Positions 1-8,945 of a stretch of DNA of 32,000 nt are shown piece by piece (position 1 is the first letter of the stretch; every line of letters begins with the position of its first letter). The stretch lies in NCBI RefSeq assembly GCF_001735745.1, contig NZ_CP017260.1:1500001-1532000 (forward strand). The letters are read 5' to 3'. Below the pieces are notes generated by a model that saw only the letters and a list, made by a program, of their open reading frames with translations, had not been told where the DNA came from and did not search any database. This stretch comes from Formosa sp. Hel1_33_131 (GTDB lineage: Bacteria > Bacteroidota > Bacteroidia > Flavobacteriales > Flavobacteriaceae). A program made the translations under genes and the position numbers.

Positions 1-2
1 TT

Positions 3-278
3 TTGGATTCAGAAGGAAATAAAATGACGTTAAACACTGAACTTTGGGATTCTATGTTTACAAGCTTTACAGAATTGTCATGGGAAGTGAAATCAATCGT
101 TCCATTAAAAATTCAAAATACAGATACAGAATCTGGAGTGACTGTTTTTTCAAGAGAAAGAAGAGTTCATACAGACGGTACTGTTTGGGAAAAGGAACTC
201 GTAGAATGGTTCTATTTCAATAAAGAAGGAAAAATTGCTAGAGCAACACAATACGAAAGAAGCTTGCCAAAAGAATAA
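3..278 (+). CDS. C-terminal part of a hypothetical protein (5' end lies outside the window)
   Basis: The reading frame is open from the window edge to TAA at 276-278. I recognise no diagnostic motif. An AT-rich spacer lies downstream. Confidence 0.4.
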   Translation: MDSEGNKMTLNTELWDSMFTSFTELSWEVKSIVPLKIQNTDTESGVTVFSRERRVHTDGTVWEKELVEWFYFNKEGKIARATQYERSLPKE

Positions 279-457
279 GGGATTTAATTTTTTATAAATC
301 TTAGAAAATAAATAAAATTTTAACTTATATAAACCCAATTCACCATATAGGTTGTATGTCAGAACACCTACTTATTTCACAACCAAAATGGAAATGCACT
401 AAACGACTCCTTTATTTTTTACGCTAAAATGTGACGTCCTGAAATAGCGTTACAAAA

Positions 458-1387
458 TTAATAAATTAAAGGTAGTGATTTTTTATCACTGCCTTTTTTG
501 TTTTTATATTGTTTTCTTTTGATTGTATTTTGTTTATGCATTTGTTTAGGCGTTAACATATAATTTGATAAATGGGGTCTAAAATCATTATATATTTTTA
601 TTGAATTTTGCACCAATTTACCTTTAGTTTCAAGGTTAGTATCGTATTTATCAATATCAAATTCCTGCTTTAAAATACCATTTACACGCTCTGCAATTGC
701 ATTTTCATAAGGGTCATATTTCTCAGTCATACTTGGTTTAATATTGTTTACATCTAGTGTTTTTTGATATTCATTTGAACAATACTGTAGTCCTCTATCA
801 GAATGATGAATAATAGGTTCTTTCGTATAGTTTCTGTTTTTTAGTGCCATCTCTAAAGCATTTAAAGACCCTTTAACACTTAAACTATCGGACACATTAT
901 AACCCATGATTTTCTTGGAATACGCATCTGTTATTAATGATAAATAACTTGGATTCCTCCTATTTCCTATATAAGTAATATCACTTACCCAAACCTGTTC
1001 TGGACGTATAAACTCTAATTTTTTAATCTGATTTTTATGTTTTCTAAATCGATGATGAGAGTTTGTGGTAATGTGATATTTCTTTTTAGGCTTAATCAAT
1101 AACCGATTTGCTCTTAGTATTTTAAATAATTTATCTCTGCCAACTCCAAGCTCTTTTAAGTCTTCTTTTAATAAATAATACAATTTCCTTGTACCAATTT
1201 TTGGCATGATAATACGTTTTGATTTCACTAATTCTATCACTTTAAAACTTAATTGAAGTTTTTCTTTGGTGGATTTAATAGATCGATAATAAACCTGTCT
1301 ATGAACCCCAAGTAACTCACAGGTAGCTGTTATGCTTTGTTTGTGTTGACTCGAGAAGTCTTTTATTACTTGGGTTCTTGCTTTTTT
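458..1387 (-). CDS. IS3-family transposase OrfB (rve/DDE integrase core), expressed as an OrfAB fusion by -1 frameshifting
   Basis: The ORF-track entry 458-1240 carries rve-type motifs (WVSDITYI, HHSDRGLQY, YDPYENAIAER). The same frame stays open upstream to the slippery site and reads ...ITATCELLGVHRQVYYRSIKS, an HTH_21-like segment. It lies in the -1 frame relative to orfA. Confidence 0.88.
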   Translation of the reverse strand, partial: KKARTQVIKDFSSQHKQSITATCELLGVHRQVYYRSIKSTKEKLQLSFKVIELVKSKRIIMPKIGTRKLYYLLKEDLKELGVGRDKLFKILRANRLLIKPKKKYHITTNSHHRFRKHKNQIKKLEFIRPEQVWVSDITYIGNRRNPSYLSLITDAYSKKIMGYNVSDSLSVKGSLNALEMALKNRNYTKEPIIHHSDRGLQYCSNEYQKTLDVNNIKPSMTEKYDPYENAIAERVNGILKQEFDIDKYDTNLETKGKLVQNSIKIYNDFRPHLSNYMLTPKQMHKQNTIKRKQYKNKKGSDKKSLPLIY

Positions 1388-1761
1388 CTGATAGGAATAT
1401 TGAACTCTTTTTCTGCAATATCTATCATCATATCAAACAAAATAGCTTTCTTATCCGCTCTTTCTGCTAAATATTCCGCCCTGTTTTTTTGCTTCTCAAG
1501 CAATTTAACTTGTTGTTCTAATTCTAAAATACGTTGTTCTGGTGTTTTAGACATACCTTGTTGAATTGTATATTGATAATCAAAGTTACCATATTTTTTT
1601 AACCAATTCCGAACTGTAGAAGCTGCTTGAATTCCATACCTGTCTAAAGCACCTGTTGTGGTTAATAATCCTTGCTCAATTTCTTGTACAATTTGTAGTT
1701 TTAAGCTTAAACTGTAATCTTTCTGTGTTCGCTTTTTGTAAGTTGAACCTTGTGTTTCCAT
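1366..1761 (-). CDS. IS3-family transposase OrfA (HTH DNA-binding part with a leucine-zipper-like C-terminus)
   Basis: This is a 131-aa ORF. The segment LSLKLQIVQEIEQGLLTTTGALDRYGIQAASTVRNWLKKY is a typical IS3 OrfA helix-turn-helix. The ORF ends just after the slippery site. Confidence 0.9.
   Translation of the reverse strand: METQGSTYKKRTQKDYSLSLKLQIVQEIEQGLLTTTGALDRYGIQAASTVRNWLKKYGNFDYQYTIQQGMSKTPEQRILELEQQVKLLEKQKNRAEYLAERADKKAILFDMMIDIAEKEFNIPIRKKQEPK
1381..1387 (-). promoter_or_regulatory. Programmed -1 ribosomal frameshift heptamer A AAA AAG
   Basis: On the minus strand the orfA codons are AGA AAA AAG (R K K). This is the X XXY YYZ pattern in the zero frame. It lies 5 codons before the orfA stop, and orfB is open in the -1 frame from here. 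Confidence 0.75.
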
Positions 1762-1790
1762 AATTAAATAGTGTTAGGTGTAACGCTATT

Positions 1791-2372
1791 TTAGGACGGG
1801 ACAAAAAGTAAAAACAAAAGACCATTTATTTTGTCACCAAGAGTTTTCCTTAGTATAGAAAATGCTTTTGTAATATGACCTTCTACAGATTTTGTGGAAA
1901 TATTTAAATAGTCTGCAATTTCTATATTGGTGAGTCCTTCATACTTACTTAATAAAAAGGTTTCCTTACATTTAGGAGGCAGGTTTTGAATTTCTTTTTT
2001 AACGAGCTTTATTAACCGCTCCAATGATTTTTCATCTTCTTCCTCCACAATGAAACTCAAGGCATCGATGTGTTTTTTTTCTAAGGCTAAAACGTTTTTT
2101 TGTTTTCTATATTGATCAATAAATTCATTGTAAACAGATTTATATAAATAGCTTTTAAAATTAAAATCATCTTTAAGTTTTTGACGTATTTTCCAAATTC
2201 TGATAAATACATTCTGAACAATATCTTCAGATAAATCATGGTCATTTGTAAGGCTAAACGCATAAAGACAAAGTTTATGATGGTAGCTGTCTATTAAAAA
2301 AGTATACGCTTTTGGCTCTCCTTTTTTTAGAGATTTCAGAAAAGAAATTTGATTTATAAAGATAGTAGGCAT
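1791..2372 (-). CDS. ECF-type RNA polymerase sigma-70 factor (FecI/PUL-associated type)
   Basis: The 193-aa product has a region 2 (DIVQNVFIRIW) and a region 4 HTH (LPPKCKETFLLSKYEGLTNIEIADYLNISTKSVEGHITKA). Its last 4 codons and its stop codon lie inside the IS right inverted repeat. Confidence 0.9.
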   Translation of the reverse strand: MPTIFINQISFLKSLKKGEPKAYTFLIDSYHHKLCLYAFSLTNDHDLSEDIVQNVFIRIWKIRQKLKDDFNFKSYLYKSVYNEFIDQYRKQKNVLALEKKHIDALSFIVEEEDEKSLERLIKLVKKEIQNLPPKCKETFLLSKYEGLTNIEIADYLNISTKSVEGHITKAFSILRKTLGDKINGLLFLLFVPS

Positions 2373-2488
2373 AATAAGGGGTATGCTATAAGTAGGTCGT
2401 TATAATTGCGAAAATATAAAAAAAATCACCAAAAAAGTAAGGGTTATTTAAAATACTTACGTCTTAGTAGTGTATTAAAGATTAAGTA

Positions 2489-3631
2489 ATGTCCAAAAAA
2501 AGTCAAAAATTAATTATACAATTCCTTACAAAGCAAGCTTCTTTTGTTGAGTTAGAAGCGCTCTCTACATGGCTTGAAAACCCCAAAAATGAGAAGGAGT
2601 TTATAAACTACATCAAGCTTAACTATGCGATTGATTTCAATATGAAACAATTTGATGCTGCTAGATCAAAAAAAGAATTGCAGAAATTTATTAGTAAAGA
2701 ACGCCGAATTCGTCAATTGCGTAAAATCCGAAACCTATCTAAATATGCGGCTCTACTCATAACCTTTTTGGGAATTGGGTATTTATATCAAAACAACTAT
2801 TTTTCGACAGCACCTGAATTTGTGATCCCTTCGGATAGTATTACACTTCAATTAGAAAATGGGGGCATTAAAGTCATTCATGAAGACGATTCTAGTAAAG
2901 TACAGGATGCTCAAGGCCGTGTGATTGGTACTCAAAACGGCACACAATTAGTATATAGCAGTCCTCATGCAAAAGAAGAATTGGCATTTAATACACTAAC
3001 GGTGCCTTATGGGAAACGCTTTGAACTTCAGTTATCGGATGGGACAAAGGTTCATTTGAATTCGGGTACCTCCTTAAAATACCCGGTTAAGTTCATAGAA
3101 GGAGCCAATCGTCACGTGTTTTTGGAAGGAGAAGCATTTTTTGATGTAACGTCAAATAAGCAGGCTCCATTTGTTGTGAACGCTGAGGATTTAAATGTAG
3201 AAGTCTTTGGAACGGCGTTTAATGTGTCGGCATATCCAGAAGATTCCTCTACGGATGTTGTTTTGGTCGAAGGATCTGTGGCGCTTTATAATGAAAATAA
3301 AACGTTAAAAGAGGGCATTACTATTGTGCCTGGAACAAAGGGTTCTCTTATAAAAAAACAAAGCAATATTACTACCGAAAAAGTAGATACAGAGCTTTAT
3401 ACACAATGGATGAAGGGCGGTTTGATTTTTAGAAATAGCAGTTTTGAAACGATTTCTAAAAAACTGGAGCGTCATTATAACGTGAAAATAATAAACACAA
3501 ATGAACAACTCAATAAAGAGGTTTTTAATGCAAGCTTCAATGAAGATACTATAGAAGTGATCTTGATTTATTTCCAAAACAGTTACAATCTCGAATATAA
3601 AATAGAAAAAAATACCATTTATATAGATTAA
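2489..3631 (+). CDS. FecR-family transmembrane anti-sigma factor/sensor
   Basis: The 380-aa product has an N-terminal cytoplasmic part, one TM segment (YAALLITFLGIGYLY) and a periplasmic FecR-like domain (LSDGTKVHLNSGTSLKYP...EGEAFFDV). It lies immediately upstream of an STN-bearing SusC. Confidence 0.9.
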   Translation: MSKKSQKLIIQFLTKQASFVELEALSTWLENPKNEKEFINYIKLNYAIDFNMKQFDAARSKKELQKFISKERRIRQLRKIRNLSKYAALLITFLGIGYLYQNNYFSTAPEFVIPSDSITLQLENGGIKVIHEDDSSKVQDAQGRVIGTQNGTQLVYSSPHAKEELAFNTLTVPYGKRFELQLSDGTKVHLNSGTSLKYPVKFIEGANRHVFLEGEAFFDVTSNKQAPFVVNAEDLNVEVFGTAFNVSAYPEDSSTDVVLVEGSVALYNENKTLKEGITIVPGTKGSLIKKQSNITTEKVDTELYTQWMKGGLIFRNSSFETISKKLERHYNVKIINTNEQLNKEVFNASFNEDTIEVILIYFQNSYNLEYKIEKNTIYID

Positions 3632-3846
3632 ACTTAAACTAAAAAAGATGAAACATCCATGTAACCGATAAAAAACAATAAATATAAACAGATGAAATAA
3701 AAACAAAAAACCTCAATCTAAAACAACAAAATCACTTTGTCTTCTTGAAAAATAGAATAAAAAAACCGGAAAATGCTGTAACATTCCCCGGTATTTATAA
3801 GTGATCAACTAAAATCAGTCATTCACTATTTAAACACTTTAAAAAT

Positions 3847-6800
3847 ATGAAAAAACTTCATGAAATGAAAGGTAAATCTCTACCTTTTATAAAATTTGAT
3901 TTAAAAATGAAATTAACAACCCTTTTTGTCTTCGCTACATTTTTTAGTATGCTTGCAAGCAATACAGGGTATTCCCAGACACTCACTTTAAATGAAGAAA
4001 ACACTTCGATAGTTAAAGTAATTGACAAAATTGAAGCTATGTCAGAGTACAAATTTATTTACAACACTAAATTTGTTGATTTAAATCGGATAGTTTCAAT
4101 ACAACTAAAAGATGCAAGTATTGAAACAGTACTTAGCAGCTTATTTAATAATACATCCACAGCCTATCAAATATTAAGAGAAACACAAATCATTCTTAAA
4201 CATAAAATGGTTATTGATAAAAGCGATCATTTGGATATGCCTTTGACGACTATCAAGAAACAGCAAAATCAAATTAGCGGAACGATAACCGACGATACAG
4301 GCCAACCTTTACCGGGCGCTACCATTATAATAAAAGGAACTTCTACAGGGACTACAACCGATTTTGATGGCAAGTTCATCTTACAAATAGACGACGAAGA
4401 TGCCGTACTTTTAGTGTCTTATATTGGTTTTACGACTCAGGAAATAACTGTAAACGGTCAAACTGAAATAAACATTCAATTAGTAGCGGATTCTGCATTG
4501 GATGAGGTTATTTTAATCGGATACGGAAGTGTTGCAAAAAAAGAATTAACAGGTGCTGTTGCCACTGCAGGTAACATTGAAGACCGTGCGGTTACCAATG
4601 TACAAGAAGCACTGCAAGGAAACGTGTCAGGAGTTACGGTCTTAGCCGACGGCGGAGATCCCACAAGCACACCAACAATTAAAATTAGAGGACTGGGAAC
4701 CTCTTCAGCAGAAAAACCGTTGTGGATCGTTGATGGTGTCCCTTATTATGGAGGCCCCATCAACCCATTTGATATTGAGTCACTCACCGTCTTAAAAGAT
4801 GCAGCCTCTGCCTCAATATATGGAGTTCGTGCAGCAGCAGGCGTCATTTTAGTGACGACTAAAAAAGGAAAGCAAGGGAAGATTCAAGTCGATTTTGGAG
4901 CCTTTACGGGCGTTCAAAGCGTGTATGAGAAACCTGTAGCATTAAATGCACAACAATATACCGACATGTATAATATTGCGTACGATAATTCTGGAATCCC
5001 ACGATTAGATTATTTTAATGGCAACACTAACCCTGACAGATTGATGCAAAGAACCAATTGGGTTGACGAGATTTTTAGAAGTGGAATTATTCAAAACTAT
5101 GACATTGGATTGCGTGGTGGTTCAGAAAAGTATTCCTTTTCATCTTCTTTAGGATACAACAAAAAAGAAGGAATTCTTATCAATACCTATGCCGACCGTA
5201 TAAGTTTCCGATACAACTCCGCCATTAAGTTAAGTGATAAAATTAAAATCGGCGAAAACTTCTCCTACACCCTTACCAATGGCCAATCTGCATTTACAGG
5301 GACGCAAACAGCAGATGGAGGAACTAATTACAACGGTGTTATTGCGGCGGCAATCAAAGCACCACCCTTTGTGCCGGTGTATAACTCAGAGGGCGTTTAC
5401 AGCGATGTTTCGGACGGACAAAACGGAGACGTGATTCACCCTCTAGGCACCTTAGAACGTATTAATATAGACAATCCAGAAAGAAATACGTTTGGAAATC
5501 TTTTCTTGGAATATAAACCAACAGAAAAACTTACTCTAAAATCGAGTTATGCGATCAATTACTCTGATGAATTTTATAAAGAATTTGACCCTCGTGTAGC
5601 AGAAGCTTCAAAGTTGAGCAAGACCACCAACACCTTAACTCAAATTCAGGCCAATGAAATAAATTGGTCTTGGGAAAACACATTAAATTATACAACCAAA
5701 TTTAATGATGCACATGCGTTTCAGTTATTAGGAGGCTACTCCTTACAACACCAAGAGCGAGAATTAAATGGGATTGTAGCTGAGGGTTTTGAAAATGAGG
5801 ATCCAAAATTTTTATTCTTACCATTGGCGGAGGAGATCAAAGATATAACCTATTCATTTTTCGAAAATAACTTGATTTCATTTTTTTCAAGAGTACTTTA
5901 CGATTATGATAAAAAATATTTCTTTTCTGCCAGTATTCGAAGAGATGGCTCCTCAAAGTTAGCTCAAGACAGACGTTGGGAAAATTTTCCATCTGTTGCA
6001 GTTGGGTGGGCACTCTCTGAAGAAGACTTTTTTAAATCTGACTTTGCAAGCAATTTAAAGTTAAGAGCCAGTTGGGGGCGGGTAGGTAATATTGAAAGCT
6101 TATCGTCTTATCCAACAAATTTACCATTATCAGATGAAAATATAATCCTAGGATTAAATGGATATCAAACAGGCATTGTCCTTGATGGGCGTTCCAATCC
6201 TAACATCAATTGGGAAATTTCGGAAACGACAAACTTTGGTTTGGATTTTACTTCTGAAAATAATAAATGGAATTTAACAGCAGATTATTTTATTAAAGAC
6301 ACAAATAGATGGCTTAACCGAACGCCTGTGAGTTCCTTAGAGGGAATTGGGACTTCTCCATTTGTGAACTCTGGGAAAATCCGAAATAATGGTTTGGAAC
6401 TTGCTTTAGGGTACAATAAAAATGAAGGGGATTTCACCTACAATGTTTCAGGGAATGTATCCTTTATCAAAAATGAAGTTCTTGAATTAGCACCTAAGTT
6501 TGACATTATTGTGGACGATATTACGCAAGTCGCAGCTCTTTATCCACTTGCAAATGCAGTGGGTCAACCTCTTTTTTCTTATTATTTAATTGAATCAGAT
6601 GGTTTATTAAGAACCGATGCAGCAGTAACTGACGCAAGGGCTAATGGACAACCCAATGCCCAATTAGGAGACCTTCGTTTTATAGATAAAAATAAAGATG
6701 GTGTGATAGACGATGACGATCGAGTTTTTAAAGGGAGCGCATTTCCAACCGTGTCTTATGGATTAAACTTTTCGGCAAATTACAAGAAATTAGACTTTTC

Positions 6801-7227
6801 GTTATTTTTACAAGGCACAAAAGGTGGTGTGGCATATAATGGCTATAAAGCATTAGGAATCTATCCCGTGAATACATCAGTTTCTGGAGCTAATCTGTTA
6901 GATATGGCCTTAGACACTTGGCATCCAGGAAATCCAAACGCTTCCAATCCAAGATTATCAATCGATGATCCCAATAAAAACCTCCAAGCCTCTGACTTTT
7001 GGTTAGAGGATACAGATTATCTGCGTTTGAAAAACCTATCTATCGGCTACACCTTGCCAGAAAGCCCTTATTTTCAAAAATTACGAATCTATGTTACGGG
7101 ACAAAACGTACTGACTTGGACAGACTATTCTGGTTTAGATCCAGAAGTTTCCAACCGTGGGGTTGATGGCGGACAGTACCCTGTTGCCAGAACATTTACT
7201 TTAGGATTTAATCTAACTTTAAAATAA
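3847..7227 (+). CDS. SusC/RagA-family TonB-dependent outer-membrane transporter with an N-terminal STN signalling extension
   Basis: The 1126-aa product has a long signal region. It has an STN-like segment (VKVIDKIEAMSEYKFIY...), a CarboxypepD_reg-like segment (ISGTITDDTGQPLPGATIIIKGTSTGTTTDFDGKF), a plug and a beta-barrel. The C-terminus is barrel-type (FTLGFNLTLK). Confidence 0.93.
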   Translation: MKKLHEMKGKSLPFIKFDLKMKLTTLFVFATFFSMLASNTGYSQTLTLNEENTSIVKVIDKIEAMSEYKFIYNTKFVDLNRIVSIQLKDASIETVLSSLFNNTSTAYQILRETQIILKHKMVIDKSDHLDMPLTTIKKQQNQISGTITDDTGQPLPGATIIIKGTSTGTTTDFDGKFILQIDDEDAVLLVSYIGFTTQEITVNGQTEINIQLVADSALDEVILIGYGSVAKKELTGAVATAGNIEDRAVTNVQEALQGNVSGVTVLADGGDPTSTPTIKIRGLGTSSAEKPLWIVDGVPYYGGPINPFDIESLTVLKDAASASIYGVRAAAGVILVTTKKGKQGKIQVDFGAFTGVQSVYEKPVALNAQQYTDMYNIAYDNSGIPRLDYFNGNTNPDRLMQRTNWVDEIFRSGIIQNYDIGLRGGSEKYSFSSSLGYNKKEGILINTYADRISFRYNSAIKLSDKIKIGENFSYTLTNGQSAFTGTQTADGGTNYNGVIAAAIKAPPFVPVYNSEGVYSDVSDGQNGDVIHPLGTLERINIDNPERNTFGNLFLEYKPTEKLTLKSSYAINYSDEFYKEFDPRVAEASKLSKTTNTLTQIQANEINWSWENTLNYTTKFNDAHAFQLLGGYSLQHQERELNGIVAEGFENEDPKFLFLPLAEEIKDITYSFFENNLISFFSRVLYDYDKKYFFSASIRRDGSSKLAQDRRWENFPSVAVGWALSEEDFFKSDFASNLKLRASWGRVGNIESLSSYPTNLPLSDENIILGLNGYQTGIVLDGRSNPNINWEISETTNFGLDFTSENNKWNLTADYFIKDTNRWLNRTPVSSLEGIGTSPFVNSGKIRNNGLELALGYNKNEGDFTYNVSGNVSFIKNEVLELAPKFDIIVDDITQVAALYPLANAVGQPLFSYYLIESDGLLRTDAAVTDARANGQPNAQLGDLRFIDKNKDGVIDDDDRVFKGSAFPTVSYGLNFSANYKKLDFSLFLQGTKGGVAYNGYKALGIYPVNTSVSGANLLDMALDTWHPGNPNASNPRLSIDDPNKNLQASDFWLEDTDYLRLKNLSIGYTLPESPYFQKLRIYVTGQNVLTWTDYSGLDPEVSNRGVDGGQYPVARTFTLGFNLTLK

Positions 7228-7233
7228 AACAAC

Positions 7234-8781
7234 ATGAAAAAAATTAAATATTTATTAAGTCTCATAACGCTTGTTGTATTGTTTACGAGCAGCTGTTCAG
7301 AAGAATTTTTAGAAGTTGAACCAAAAGGTGCCCAAACGGCAGCTACTTTTTTCAAAACAGAAACGGACGTTACTAGAGCGATCAATGCCTTGTATTTAAT
7401 GAATGATTTTCAAGGCATTTATGGCAGGGGAATGTTTTTATATTCTTTAATCGCAAGTGATGATTTTGTGGTTGGAAAATCCAAAGCCCAAATTGAAGAT
7501 ATAAAAAACTTTGTGACTACGGGATCAGGCTCCTACACTAGAGATATTTGGTCAAAACATTATCAAGTGATAAAAAGAGCAAATGACATTATTAATAATG
7601 TCCCTGGTATTGAAGGCGTTTCAGATGAGGTAAAGAATTTAGCTTTAGGAAATGCACATTTCATGCGTGGCTTGGCATATTATCAGTTAGGTATAGTTTA
7701 TGGAGACGATCGGGCAGGGATTCCTATTGTTGATGAATTTACAACGGATTTTTATATTTCCAGACCTGAAAGCGTAACAGTTACTTATGAATTTGCCGCT
7801 AAAGACTTCACCAAAGCTGCTGCATTATTGCCATTATTTAGTGAGCTTTTACCTTCGAATTATGGGACAGCCCATAAAAATGCAGCCTATTCCTATTTAG
7901 CAGCCGCACATTTGCACAATGCTGAATTTGACAGTGATTCTTGGCAGAAAGTAATTGATGCTTGTAATGCTGTGACCGCTACCCAAGATGTATTGGAACC
8001 TAATTATGAAGACATTTTTAAAATTTCCAACAATTGGGGGATAGAGTACATCTGGTCTATTTCAAGCAACACTACTGGAGGGAGTATTTTACCAGGAGCT
8101 TCTTTAGAGAATAAGGGTTGGGGTAAATACAATGGATGGGGCTATTTTGCACCAACGCTTGATTTGTACGAGTCGTACCAAGTTGGAGACTTAAGAAGAG
8201 ATGCAACCTTATTGGCTTTTGCAAATGAGTTTGTGTTCTTTGGAGAAACTAGAAAATATTGGTCTACTAGGAGTCTAACAGGATTCCAACTTAAAAAGTA
8301 TATGGAGCCTTACAGCTATCCTGATGGAATACATCTGAATGGTAATGGAGATCATCCAACAACGGACTTAAATCCATCCTTGATGCGTTTAGCAACAGTA
8401 CTTCTAATGCGGGCTGAAGCCAAAATCATGCTTGGTCAAAACGGAGATCCAGACTTAAACAGAGTCAGGGTTCGGGCGGGTCTTTCCCCTATAACAGGAG
8501 CAACGCTTGAACATGTTAAATACGAACGCAGAGCTGAATTTGCTGGAGAGGGTGTAGATGGTCGTTTTTACGACTTATGCCGCTGGGGAGATGTCGCTGA
8601 GATTAAGAAAGCATTGAGCGGCAGACAACATGACGACAAAGAAGATCCTGACTCTGGATTTAGTATAATAGAAGTTTGGTCAGAACGAAGTAATTTTGAT
8701 TTAGTGAAACATCGTGTATGGCCCATTCCTCCGAATGTTATTGATAGCAGCTTAGGTCTTATAAAACAAAACGAAAGATAA
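7234..8781 (+). CDS. SusD/RagB-family outer-membrane lipoprotein
   Basis: The gene starts 6 nt after the susC-like stop. It has a lipoprotein signal (LFTSSC). TPR-like SusD features are present (RALYLM, MRGLAYYQLG, LLMRAEAKI, ERRAEFAGEG...DLCRWG). Confidence 0.9.
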   Translation: MKKIKYLLSLITLVVLFTSSCSEEFLEVEPKGAQTAATFFKTETDVTRAINALYLMNDFQGIYGRGMFLYSLIASDDFVVGKSKAQIEDIKNFVTTGSGSYTRDIWSKHYQVIKRANDIINNVPGIEGVSDEVKNLALGNAHFMRGLAYYQLGIVYGDDRAGIPIVDEFTTDFYISRPESVTVTYEFAAKDFTKAAALLPLFSELLPSNYGTAHKNAAYSYLAAAHLHNAEFDSDSWQKVIDACNAVTATQDVLEPNYEDIFKISNNWGIEYIWSISSNTTGGSILPGASLENKGWGKYNGWGYFAPTLDLYESYQVGDLRRDATLLAFANEFVFFGETRKYWSTRSLTGFQLKKYMEPYSYPDGIHLNGNGDHPTTDLNPSLMRLATVLLMRAEAKIMLGQNGDPDLNRVRVRAGLSPITGATLEHVKYERRAEFAGEGVDGRFYDLCRWGDVAEIKKALSGRQHDDKEDPDSGFSIIEVWSERSNFDLVKHRVWPIPPNVIDSSLGLIKQNER

Positions 8782-8834
8782 TTCTTTACATTATTTATCA
8801 GGGTTTAAATTAGTCAAAATCAATTCATGATTTG

Positions 8835-8872
8835 ATAAGTGCATTCTTAATAGAATGCACTTATTTTATTTT
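8835..8872 (+). terminator. Rho-independent terminator after the susD-like gene
   Basis: A perfect 13-bp stem (8835-8847 pairs with 8852-8864) has a 4-nt loop and is followed by a T-rich tail (TTTATTTT). Confidence 0.8.
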
Positions 8873-8945
8873 GAATTAAGAAATAACATCTCTCATTCAT
8901 TTTAACGAGTTTCAGAACTTATTTTAATTTTTTTAAAAAATCAAT

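Larger units (their letters stand above)
430..1803 (-). mobile_element. IS3-family insertion sequence (1374 bp) with orfA/orfB and a -1 frameshift site
   Basis: The terminal inverted repeats are 25 bp and imperfect. The left repeat is TGTGACGTCCTGAAATAGCGTTACA (430-454). The reverse complement of 1779-1803 is TGTCCCGTCCTAAAATAGCGTTACA (22/25 match, TG...CA ends). An A-run on both flanks (426-429 and 1804-1807) is compatible with a 3-4 bp target duplication. Inside are two overlapping ORFs with HTH and DDE-type sequences. Confidence 0.9.

Noticed and set aside
1337-1564. A 75-aa plus-strand ORF inside the IS element
   Set aside because: It lies antisense to orfA/orfB, has odd Cys/Phe/Ser-rich composition, and is explained fully by the IS3 coding strand.
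2373-2488. An ECF-type promoter in the sigma/FecR divergent spacer (..GGGTTA..N16..CGTCTTA), and a GTAACA-containing imperfect hairpin upstream of susC (3766-3791)
   Set aside because: I do not know the promoter consensus for this ECF group. The matches are short and could be chance in AT-rich DNA.
3305-3706. A 133-aa minus-strand ORF overlapping the 3' end of the FecR gene
   Set aside because: It is an AT-rich antisense shadow (an F/I/Y-rich product) of a well-supported gene. The same reasoning applies to 150-338, 3858-4052, 4476-4670, 5234-5434 and 7125-7385.
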